From positions 984,359 through 1,048,358 of the forward strand of contig CAWDSS010000010.1 in the NCBI GenBank assembly GCA_963805065.1: a stretch of DNA of 64,000 nucleotides, given 5' to 3'. Of this stretch, positions 18,645-27,444 are shown piece after piece. The position numbers were made by a program, and so were the translations under genes. Under the pieces are notes generated by a model. That model saw only the letters and a program-made list of their open reading frames with translations. It was not told the DNA's origin and did not search any database. The stretch's first letter is position 1, and every line of letters begins with the position of its first letter. The DNA is from Candidatus Omnitrophota bacterium. GTDB lineage: Bacteria; Omnitrophota; Gorgyraeia; Gygaellales; Profunditerraquicolaceae.

Positions 18645-21600
18645 ATGAAAAGGTTTTTCTCTATTTTATTATGCTTTTTTCTTATCTTTGAGCAAAGCTG
18701 TTTTGCTCAAGTCCTACCCATGCAGGCAATACCTTCTTGGTCAGCGCTTCCCAGCTTACGTTACCTAAGCGTTAACTCTGCTAACCCTTACAACTACTTT
18801 AACTTCCTCCTGGACAGAGGAGACAAACCTTTTACTAAAGACAGCCTTAACTTAGAATCAAAAAAGCTTATCAATTATTTCTTTTTAGGGCTTACCCTAC
18901 CTAGTGAATCTCTCTGGGTAAACCTTCGGCCTGATGAGCCGGGAAAGATTACCTCGGATGAGCTGAGCTCGACTGACCTTGGCCGCATCCTGCTGGAAGA
19001 AGACCTGCGGCTTAAAAAGGATGGCGCCGCCTACCTTAATCCTAACAATCCCAAAGGCAAGGAATTCTGGGAGAAGCTTTATGCAGCTATCGGCAAGGAC
19101 AAGCTAAGAAGGACAGGGATTACCACCTCAAACCGCATCTGGATAGTGCCTGATGAGGCAGTGGTCATGGAAACCGAAGACGGGGCATTTGTAGCCTCTG
19201 CAAAGCTAAAGGTACTCCTGGAGAATGACTATTTGAAAGCCAACCCCAAGGATGCCACCCAGGCATTGACCGAGAAGCTGATGAAGGAAATAATTCTTCC
19301 CTGCCTGGCTAAAGATGTCAATACCTCTTCTACCTACGCACCAGTGCGCCAGATTTATTACTCTCTTATCCTGGCAGAGTGGTACAAAAGGAAGCACAAA
19401 ACCTCAAATGACGCCTATTCCTCATACATAAACAAAGGCTCAACCAAGGGCCTTGAATCAGAACTACCCTGGTCAAAACAAAAGATCTGGCAGGATTATT
19501 TAGTATCTTACCAAAAGGGAGAATACAACCTTAAGTCTGACCTTTTTGGCTTAAAGAGGATGTACTTTAGTGGAGGGATGGATTTTGTACAATTAGGCAG
19601 CAGTCCGATGATCAAGCTATCTTCTCTAGCAGAATTAACAAATCTAAAAGAAAGCTTACCAACAAATCCCGAAGCAAATAAAGAAAAATTCAACTTGTAT
19701 GTTATTACGAATCAAAATACAAAAAATCCTCTACAAATAATAGAAGGTATAAATAGCAAAGCGGTGGAAGACCATATGTTGCCTGTATTAAAGACAGGCA
19801 AGGGCATTATAGGTATTACCACTGAAGCAGCACAACTTATCTTACCTAAACGTGAAGAGGCGCTCCAGTCTGAGTTTGGTTCATCAGCCATCCAGCCTGA
19901 AAAAACGGGCGCCTCTTCAACGATCTTCGCTTCGCAGACGGAATTACTATCTAATGAACAATTAACTGATAGGATAGACCAGGCCATCAAGAGATTCCCT
20001 GCCATAAGATACACAAATTTAACGCCACGTCAAATCGTTGAATCACTATTAACTAACGACATGTTTTCCCCTGATCGTAAGAGAGCCGTTGAAGATACGC
20101 TTGAAAATATACTTGTTATTCCCACTATGCCCACGTCAGATTTAAGAGAAGAATTAGGGAAAATTCTTGAATTCGCAGATACTTATGCCGTTAATCCAGA
20201 AGCCCGTAGTTTTGTAGACAGTTTAGCGATTTTGAGTGCACGTGAACATGTTAAGGATATGAAAGATACTGATATAGCATCAAGGCCAGCATACAAATTT
20301 TTGGAAAACACCCCTCCTGGAGCAATAATCTTAGACCTTGCTAGCGGCATAAATATGGCAACCTTTATGCAGAATTTGAAAAAAGACGTCAGTTACATTT
20401 TGGTTGATAAATCGCCTTTTGTAAAAACGTATTTGCAGGAAGTAGCACGATTGTTTAACGTTAATAATGTAACAATATTGGATCAGGATGTTTTGCAATT
20501 AGCAATGCCTGGGCAGCATTTTGATGTTATTCGCGCAAAGAATGTCCCGCACTATGTGCCTGGTTTTGTTGAAAAATTACGGGAGATGAAAGAATGGGTT
20601 AAGATTGGTGGCCAGATTATAATTCAGAATGATCCCAACTGGGCACAAAGAATGCATGCTGCAGCAGACTATGGTAAATTTGCAGAAGAGCTTATTAATC
20701 AAGGCTGGAGTTTTAGTTTTAAATTAGGTCAGTTTGAAAGTTATGAATATAATGGACGCACAATGCATGATTCGGTTCTTGATAGCCTAATATTTACAAA
20801 GACAGAAGATCGTTCAAGACAATCTATCAAGACATCGCTAAAGGCTTGGGTTGATTATCTAAAGGCTAATGTTGAGGAATTACTAAGTAATATAAATCCG
20901 CAAATCTCAAGCATGACAATAAAACCCATATCTTTAGAACTGCCAAAACAGCCAGTTGTCATGATAAACGAAGATTCTCTGACAACAACCAAGCACTTGT
21001 TTGATAAGAGTAAGATTATCAATATAGATCCATCACTCTTTAGAGATCTCTATAGACCTCGATTAAACTATGCTGACTTATCCTATGCTGACATGGATCC
21101 AGAAGTATACGGAGAAGAAGAAGGAATTGCGATGCATAAAAATAGAGAAAGATTTATTTTTACTAGGTTGGGCGAGTTCCTAATCATTAATGAGAAAGGC
21201 ATAGCCAGAACCATGAAGGAAGAGGAAATCAATGATTTTCGTAAAAAAATAGAAGAACAACGAGAAAATCATACAAATAACTTAGTCCTTAAGGAACTAT
21301 ATAATAAATTTATTGATATGCAAAAAACAATAAAAAGAACCTCCGGCTCACCGTTGATAACTAAATCCGATGTGTATAATATAATGAATAATATAATTGC
21401 TACGGCAGAACAAAACCCGGGTGCACGTATTACATTTAATACTTACAGGTTTGGAGCAAATACTTTAACGCAGTGGCTAGCTCAAGCTGGATTTCAAAAT
21501 GTCAGTATATCTCCACAGCTTGCTAGTAAGCATTCATCAATTCTTACCTTGTTCTTTTTATCCATTCCGAATATGCATAAGGATAAGAGAGTATCCACCT

Positions 21601-24600
21601 TTTCATTGGAGAATGACACTTTGGTCTGGATAAAAGATGGCAATGACCTTTTTATCGTTACAGAACAAGAAGCAGTGGATGGGGGGGTGATTAGCAAAGT
21701 CTCCTCCTCGCCGCTTAAAACAGCTTTTGCAAGGCGATTAAAGGATCTTGGAATCGCGAGTCTGGGTATTTTAATGTGGGTAACCGCTGCAGGTGCTCAG
21801 GATAATACTTTAGTGCCATCCGCTCAACAGAATCAATACGTACTTAACACAAATTATAGCGATACTTTAAACGGCACTTATGCTAATGTCGATCTTGAAT
21901 TAGGAAAGCATCTAATTTTGACCGTGGGAGCTCTTAAGGGCGCAGAAGAATCCGGCCCTTATGGTCCTTATGCAGGTTTTACCTTTAATACTGTTGAGTC
22001 TAGCCAAGACTTCTTTATGAAAGGTGGTTTTGAGATATCCATGTTTAATTATCAGAACGAGATAGCACAGCAAAATAGCAGTAATTGGTTTGTGGGGAGC
22101 GCAAACTATGCTGTGGCTGAACTCTTCCCTCTGACGAAGACAGTTGATATTACTGTTGGCGGTGCGGCTAGCGTTTCTGGGTCCTATACTAATTCCGGAA
22201 ATGATATATCGGAAAACTGGAGATTCTTTAGCCCTCCGACTTTGGCAGGCAAAATTCTGTTAGGATGGAATATCTCTCCAGACAAAAGAGTCACACTCGG
22301 CCTAGATACAACTGCCTACAATGAATTTACGAATGTCCAGAGTTACAGCATGGCATTTTTTCCATATTCTAAGTTAAGACTAGGGTATTCTACAATATGT
22401 CTTCTGGGAGTTCCAACCAATTTTGGGGCAAGCTACGGAGAAGGGCCGGGTTACGGGCGAATTTTTTCAATTGATACTAAAGGGTCGCCTACACCAGGAA
22501 CCGACGTGGCAGTCGAATACCAGCAGGCAGACAAACCTACCTATGTTATTTTCCCTGAGGGCAGAAAAATAGGCCTAACTGTGGATAAACAGTTAACTAG
22601 CAGAGAAGGAGGGCCAAGGTTCTCATTGACGGCTTCAGTGGAGAAGCTTATTTATGAATGGGGCGGCCATTCTCAAACAAATAGCACAGTAGGTTTTAAG
22701 TTAATCATCCCGTTTCAGCCAACTCGTAACCTAGGCGCGGGTATGTCCGTTGAAAAAGAGGTCGGAACTCCTTTTGTTGCTAACAACTATAAAATCATTC
22801 CTTTTGAATCTCCAGCAGATTTTTCTTTTGATGAACTAAAGCAGGCTTTGGAGACAATGTCTCCTGATGAGTTTGTAAATAATTTTCTGCGTAATCGTAC
22901 TAAAGTTAAGAACTTGAATGATCTATTGCAATCAGTTGCGTATATTACAGATCAATTAGGCACATATAACTGGAGTGAAAAATCAGATCCGCTTTTTAAA
23001 GGTGTGAATATGCTTAATATTACTGACGCCCAGATGCTTAGTACTCTGGGGGAAAGCCTAAGAACTGGTGAACCAATACCAGCAGTAGTTTGTGCCGGCA
23101 TATTTTCAGCAGGATCAGACTGGATTAATGCTGCTAGGTTGCCAGGGGTTTTTGCTTTTCAAGCTTCCGTGGAAGCGGGGCATCCACAAGGCGGCCATAT
23201 CATTACAGTAGTGGTTACTCCCAAAACAATTTATTTGGTGGATTACTTCCAATACAAAATCATAGATACGGGGACTCGTAATTCTGCAGAGGCCCTCGCC
23301 TTGTATGAACGGATACAACAAAACGGCGATGCTGCTTTGACGCATGAGATTTTTCATGGAAGAAAATTCATCGGGTTCGCCGGTGGTCCATTCGATGACA
23401 ATTATGGTTCACGCGATGGCGAACTTCTTAGAAATGCTCTGACTATCGATGGGGGAAAATCGGCGGATAAGCTTTTGGAAGATGCGGTCAAGGCAGTTCA
23501 ACCTTCATTAACTGTGCCAGAACAGCCCAAAGCGACAGAGCCATCACCGAATATTAATCCTGCACCTATTCCCGAAGCACATATGCTAGCCAAAAGCGCC
23601 TCTTCGGCAATGAATAAAGATATAACTAACCGTATAAGCATTTTAAATGATCCTGATAGATACGGCAGAAAAAGAGGGAATTTATCTGAAACAGAAAGCA
23701 TGTATCAGGCTTTGCTGTCCAAATCCCTAGAAAGTGAAGGGTTTTCTTCTGGGCAAGCCAAAACTTTTTCTCTTGCCTTGATACGTTTTTATCAAGGTAC
23801 ATTAAACAATCTTGTCGAAGATGGATTTTTGTCTAGACAAGACAAAGAAGATCTTATTGAGCTGAAAGAATTCAATTTAAATAGATTCAGAACTAAAATG
23901 CAAGAAAATTACGAGGCCTACAAGAATTATACTGGCAAGGGAGGTAAGTTTGCGGAAAGTCAAATATCCTATCTTCTTTTTGCTAAGTTATTTAGTTTCC
24001 AAAGAGCCAAGGGATTAATCGATGAGGAGGGCCTGAGCAGAAACAATATAAGTATAATAGTTAGGTATGCCAATCCTGAAAAATGGTGGCAAGAGAAAAA
24101 GATTTTCCGCGATAGGCTCGTTAATGAGAAGAAATTAGAACTAGGCTATGCCACAAGAATTGTTTTGGAGCACCCCGAAGATCCTTGGGCATGGTGGGCA
24201 AGCGCTGAGGTCACCAGGGATAGATTGGTTGCAGTTGAACACTTAAATCTAACCCAAGCAAACTGGATTGTTGTTCAATATTCAAATCCAATGGAATGGT
24301 GGCAAAAGATAAAGACAATCCGTGATAGGCTAGTTGAAGGAACTGTCACGAAAACAAGCCTTTCTGGGGTCGATTTAATAAGAGACACAATTTTAAATCC
24401 AAACAATATTACAAAAGATAGTATTTGGGAAGAGGTTTCTTCAACAGAGGTGCGTTTAAAGCCAAATATTGACCTAGAACATATTGTCAGTGAAATTGCA
24501 AAGGGTGATTTTGATAAAGTTTGGCCTATTCTACAACAGGTTCTTAGAGAGGGAAAAATAAGCATAGAGGATGCCACTATGATTGTATTGCAGCACCCCA

Positions 24601-25514
24601 AAGATCCTTGGGCATGGTGGGAGAAAGTCAAGCCTGTACGTAAGAATCTGATTGAGAAAGAGCATTTAAGTCCATCAGATGCAACGCGGGTTATTATAAC
24701 ACATCCTCAAGATCCTATGAAATGGTGGATAACAAAAGCCAAACCTTTTGTCAATAAATTAATGGAGGATGGCTTGAAAGAATACGAATCAAAGCAAATG
24801 GTTTTACAACATTCTCGGGACCCGCTTAAGCGATGGGAAGAGGCTAAGGCCGTTCTGAAGGAACTAGTTGAACAAGAAGGATTAAGTAAATCTACCGCAA
24901 AAGAGATTATTAATCAACATTCCTATCCAAAAACATTGTGGTATATTGTGAAAAAAACCAGGGAAGAGCTTATTAACTTGAATCCGTCATTGCGTAAACG
25001 AGAGAAGGGCCTAGCGATTGAGTTTATAAAAAAGGATCCAAATAGATTTCAAGGAAAAGATTTTGGTATTACTGATGAACAGTTGGAAATTGTTTTGAAA
25101 CCGCTGAAAGAGTTTAAGAATAAAGAAAGCTCTGGTTCATCGCCGATAAATGACCTTTTGCCAACAGAAGAAAAACTTGGCATTGCTAAACCCGGCGGCA
25201 TCGACCTCTCCAAGATAGAACTCACGCTTAAAGATGAGAAATACATCTCAAGCCTTAGCCCTGCTGATGTAAAGGTGCTGCGTGCTGCCAAAGCCTTAAA
25301 AGACGGCTGGAACAGCTTATCGTTACTCTATGCGCATGAGGTAATGCTGATGCTAGAAGATAAGGTGGTATTAAGCATCAAGAACAAGCCAATGCTACAG
25401 GAAGTCCTTAACCAGCTTAACAGCAGAGAATGCTTAGACCCTCAAGGCCTCATCTTCTTACAAGCAATGCAATCACGCCTAGCTACCCCTGGATTAGCCG
25501 TAGTTAAACCCTAA
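18645..25514 (+). CDS. Giant secreted multidomain protein (2289 aa): signal peptide, SAM-methyltransferase-like segment, hydrophobic segment with beta-rich region, transglutaminase-like Cys-His-Asp core, C-terminal tandem repeats
   Basis: Uninterrupted 6.9-kb ORF. Signal MKRFFSILLCFFLIFEQSCFAQV. IILDLASG...ILVDKSP resembles MTase motifs I/II (~20290-20650). VVCAG...ARLPGV...GGHIITVV...YLVDY (~23070-23260). About 36-aa repeats at 24040-24990. Confidence 0.8.
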   Translation: MKRFFSILLCFFLIFEQSCFAQVLPMQAIPSWSALPSLRYLSVNSANPYNYFNFLLDRGDKPFTKDSLNLESKKLINYFFLGLTLPSESLWVNLRPDEPGKITSDELSSTDLGRILLEEDLRLKKDGAAYLNPNNPKGKEFWEKLYAAIGKDKLRRTGITTSNRIWIVPDEAVVMETEDGAFVASAKLKVLLENDYLKANPKDATQALTEKLMKEIILPCLAKDVNTSSTYAPVRQIYYSLILAEWYKRKHKTSNDAYSSYINKGSTKGLESELPWSKQKIWQDYLVSYQKGEYNLKSDLFGLKRMYFSGGMDFVQLGSSPMIKLSSLAELTNLKESLPTNPEANKEKFNLYVITNQNTKNPLQIIEGINSKAVEDHMLPVLKTGKGIIGITTEAAQLILPKREEALQSEFGSSAIQPEKTGASSTIFASQTELLSNEQLTDRIDQAIKRFPAIRYTNLTPRQIVESLLTNDMFSPDRKRAVEDTLENILVIPTMPTSDLREELGKILEFADTYAVNPEARSFVDSLAILSAREHVKDMKDTDIASRPAYKFLENTPPGAIILDLASGINMATFMQNLKKDVSYILVDKSPFVKTYLQEVARLFNVNNVTILDQDVLQLAMPGQHFDVIRAKNVPHYVPGFVEKLREMKEWVKIGGQIIIQNDPNWAQRMHAAADYGKFAEELINQGWSFSFKLGQFESYEYNGRTMHDSVLDSLIFTKTEDRSRQSIKTSLKAWVDYLKANVEELLSNINPQISSMTIKPISLELPKQPVVMINEDSLTTTKHLFDKSKIINIDPSLFRDLYRPRLNYADLSYADMDPEVYGEEEGIAMHKNRERFIFTRLGEFLIINEKGIARTMKEEEINDFRKKIEEQRENHTNNLVLKELYNKFIDMQKTIKRTSGSPLITKSDVYNIMNNIIATAEQNPGARITFNTYRFGANTLTQWLAQAGFQNVSISPQLASKHSSILTLFFLSIPNMHKDKRVSTFSLENDTLVWIKDGNDLFIVTEQEAVDGGVISKVSSSPLKTAFARRLKDLGIASLGILMWVTAAGAQDNTLVPSAQQNQYVLNTNYSDTLNGTYANVDLELGKHLILTVGALKGAEESGPYGPYAGFTFNTVESSQDFFMKGGFEISMFNYQNEIAQQNSSNWFVGSANYAVAELFPLTKTVDITVGGAASVSGSYTNSGNDISENWRFFSPPTLAGKILLGWNISPDKRVTLGLDTTAYNEFTNVQSYSMAFFPYSKLRLGYSTICLLGVPTNFGASYGEGPGYGRIFSIDTKGSPTPGTDVAVEYQQADKPTYVIFPEGRKIGLTVDKQLTSREGGPRFSLTASVEKLIYEWGGHSQTNSTVGFKLIIPFQPTRNLGAGMSVEKEVGTPFVANNYKIIPFESPADFSFDELKQALETMSPDEFVNNFLRNRTKVKNLNDLLQSVAYITDQLGTYNWSEKSDPLFKGVNMLNITDAQMLSTLGESLRTGEPIPAVVCAGIFSAGSDWINAARLPGVFAFQASVEAGHPQGGHIITVVVTPKTIYLVDYFQYKIIDTGTRNSAEALALYERIQQNGDAALTHEIFHGRKFIGFAGGPFDDNYGSRDGELLRNALTIDGGKSADKLLEDAVKAVQPSLTVPEQPKATEPSPNINPAPIPEAHMLAKSASSAMNKDITNRISILNDPDRYGRKRGNLSETESMYQALLSKSLESEGFSSGQAKTFSLALIRFYQGTLNNLVEDGFLSRQDKEDLIELKEFNLNRFRTKMQENYEAYKNYTGKGGKFAESQISYLLFAKLFSFQRAKGLIDEEGLSRNNISIIVRYANPEKWWQEKKIFRDRLVNEKKLELGYATRIVLEHPEDPWAWWASAEVTRDRLVAVEHLNLTQANWIVVQYSNPMEWWQKIKTIRDRLVEGTVTKTSLSGVDLIRDTILNPNNITKDSIWEEVSSTEVRLKPNIDLEHIVSEIAKGDFDKVWPILQQVLREGKISIEDATMIVLQHPKDPWAWWEKVKPVRKNLIEKEHLSPSDATRVIITHPQDPMKWWITKAKPFVNKLMEDGLKEYESKQMVLQHSRDPLKRWEEAKAVLKELVEQEGLSKSTAKEIINQHSYPKTLWYIVKKTREELINLNPSLRKREKGLAIEFIKKDPNRFQGKDFGITDEQLEIVLKPLKEFKNKESSGSSPINDLLPTEEKLGIAKPGGIDLSKIELTLKDEKYISSLSPADVKVLRAAKALKDGWNSLSLLYAHEVMLMLEDKVVLSIKNKPMLQEVLNQLNSRECLDPQGLIFLQAMQSRLATPGLAVVKP
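24040..24990 (+). repeat. At least 7 tandem ~36-aa protein repeats (consensus roughly a..IV.qHP.DPw.WW...k..Rd.Lv.e..Ls) inside the giant ORF
   Basis: Recurring YANPEKWWQEKKIFRDRLV, HPEDPWAWWASAEVTRDRLV, YSNPMEWWQKIKTIRDRLV, HPKDPWAWWEKVKPVRKNLI, HPQDPMKWWITKAKPFVNKLM, HSRDPLKRWEEAKAVLKELV, HSYPKTLWYIVKKTREELI. Confidence 0.8.
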
Positions 25515-25776
25515 TAAACTTTAAAATTCCCTGTTAGAGAGTTGCTCAAAACTCAGGGTTTTGTAATTACATGCTACCCCAGTAACATCACTCTTTTCAT
25601 ATAACGGGAGAGTTTAGGGACTGCCCGTGCAAAAATAGATAGCCATTTTTGCCAAATGTCACCCTCTTTAGGTGTAACACGAGTTATCTTTTTATGTTAC
25701 AAAATGTTATAAAAATCGACCTTTAAAAAAGGTGACAAAAGTGACATAAAATCTATCTCTTACGGCTCATAATTTC

Positions 25777-25804
25777 TTGACATTCGACCTATGCCCTATA
25801 TAAT
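25777..25804 (+). promoter_or_regulatory. Near-consensus sigma70 promoter (TTGACA, 16-nt spacer, TATAAT)
   Basis: TTGACA at 25777-25782 and TATAAT at 25799-25804. Confidence 0.6.
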
Positions 25805-25968
25805 ATGATTGCTTGGGTTAAGAGATAGAGTTATAAGATAAATAGACCCAGGCAACCAAATTAAAATCCCGAAGGGAAATACAGAAAGCCCCCGAATGGG
25901 GGCAACCAATTATACATTTTTTCTCACCTAATAGAGATTCCGAAAACACAAAAGAAAGCGAATAGCCG

Positions 25969-26727
25969 ATGCAGGAATCGCAGATATTAAAAATAATATT
26001 TAATGCGGCTAGCGATTGCATGCTTCTGGTGGACCCGGACACCCGTAAATTGCATTTGGGCAATAAAAGGATACCCGAGAAGCTAGGTTATGATCTGGAA
26101 GAAATAAAAAAATTAAAGATTGACGACCTGCACCCGAAAGACACCCTGCCTTATGTTTTAGGGCAATTTGACAAACTCACCAAAAAAGAAATCACAGTTT
26201 CCGAACACATTCCGATTAAAAAGAAAAATGACTCTATTTTCTATGCGGATATGACTGCATCCCATTTACAACTTCAGGATGAAGTTTATCTTTTGGTGAT
26301 TATCAGGGATGTGACCAAACGTAAGACTCCCGAAAAGAAAGCTGAGGATGAAGAGAGTAAAATCCGCACTATCTTTGATGAGACCTTTCAGTTTATCGGC
26401 CTTATGACAACCGGGGGCGTACTAATTGAGGCAAACAAAGCGGCACTGGAATTTAGCGGAGTAGAAGCATCGAGCGTTTTGAACAAGCCGTTTTGGGAAA
26501 CTCCCTGGTGGACGCATTCTAAGGAGATGCAGGAAAAACTCAAAGACGCAGTCAAAAAAGCAGCCCAGGGGCAATTCATACGTTTCGAGGCAACTCACAA
26601 GGCAAAAGACGGCTCTTTACACACGATAGATTTTTCCCTTAAGCCAGTGAGAGATAAAAGCGGCAAGGTTATTTTCCTTATCCCTGAAGGCAGGGACATC
26701 ACAAAACTTAAGACAGGCTCAGAGTAA
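25969..26727 (+). CDS. Tandem PAS-domain sensor protein with no output domain
   Basis: Two PAS-like modules (ILKIIFNAASDCMLLVD... and IRTIFDETFQFIGLMTTGGVLIEANKAAL...GRDIT). Confidence 0.7.
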   Translation: MQESQILKIIFNAASDCMLLVDPDTRKLHLGNKRIPEKLGYDLEEIKKLKIDDLHPKDTLPYVLGQFDKLTKKEITVSEHIPIKKKNDSIFYADMTASHLQLQDEVYLLVIIRDVTKRKTPEKKAEDEESKIRTIFDETFQFIGLMTTGGVLIEANKAALEFSGVEASSVLNKPFWETPWWTHSKEMQEKLKDAVKKAAQGQFIRFEATHKAKDGSLHTIDFSLKPVRDKSGKVIFLIPEGRDITKLKTGSE

Positions 26728-26826
26728 AAATGCAGCTCTTTAAAATAGTGCCGCTTTTGTCTAAAAGCGGTATAATATAGATAGCGATAAAACAATTGTT
26801 AAGGCTATTTTAAAAAGGAGGAATCT

Positions 26827-26967
26827 ATGATGCGCCCGTTTATGACGTACAATGACGTGGTTTTAAGAATGCTTGTATCATTCGGATTCATGCTCTGGTT
26901 TATACTTTTCTCTTTGCTGGTACTGCTTAGGCTGGATAAGATAATAAAGTTGCTGGAGAAGAAATAA
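26827..26967 (+). CDS. Candidate 46-aa small membrane protein (below the ORF-track length cut-off)
   Basis: aaaaaggagg SD about 7 nt upstream of the ATG. One hydrophobic helix (VSFGFMLWFILFSLLVLL). Translated by hand. Confidence 0.4.
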   Translation: MMRPFMTYNDVVLRMLVSFGFMLWFILFSLLVLLRLDKIIKLLEKK

Positions 26968-27014
26968 ATAATATTTGCCATAATCCAGTTTCATACTGTT
27001 TTTAGAGCGAGTCA

Positions 27015-27338
27015 ATGGAAAAGACAATCTATCTGTTTATTCTTATAATATTGTTAAGTGGGTGCGTTTCTGACCGCTCGATATATATGAATGCCGCTAC
27101 GATAAATTATAGTGACGGTATTAATGAGAAAGAAGCAAAATACATTGCCCAGAAATATTGTTTGGATAATGGCATCCGGGATGTGTTTGTTTCTTCCCCT
27201 GAAATTCAGGAAACATTTTCCAGTGTCCCTGCATGGGAAGTCAGGTTCGAAACAAAAAATTTGCTTGAAACCGATTATTACACGGTTATCGTAGATAAGG
27301 AAACCGGCAAAGTAACCTTTGGCGGCTACGAAAGATAA
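27015..27338 (+). CDS. Small lipoprotein, hypothetical
   Basis: Lipobox LLSGC after a signal helix. Confidence 0.55.
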   Translation: MEKTIYLFILIILLSGCVSDRSIYMNAATINYSDGINEKEAKYIAQKYCLDNGIRDVFVSSPEIQETFSSVPAWEVRFETKNLLETDYYTVIVDKETGKVTFGGYER

Positions 27339-27366
27339 TCTAGCTAATTGGCACCCATTGCATAAA

Positions 27367-27393
27367 GGCCCTCTTTAATTACAGAGGGTTTTT
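27367..27393 (+). terminator. Rho-independent terminator
   Basis: ccctct-ttaattac-agaggg followed by ttttt. Confidence 0.6.
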
Positions 27394-27444
27394 ATGTAAT
27401 TTAGCCCTTGAAAAATTATGGCCGGTATGGTAATTTAAACAATC

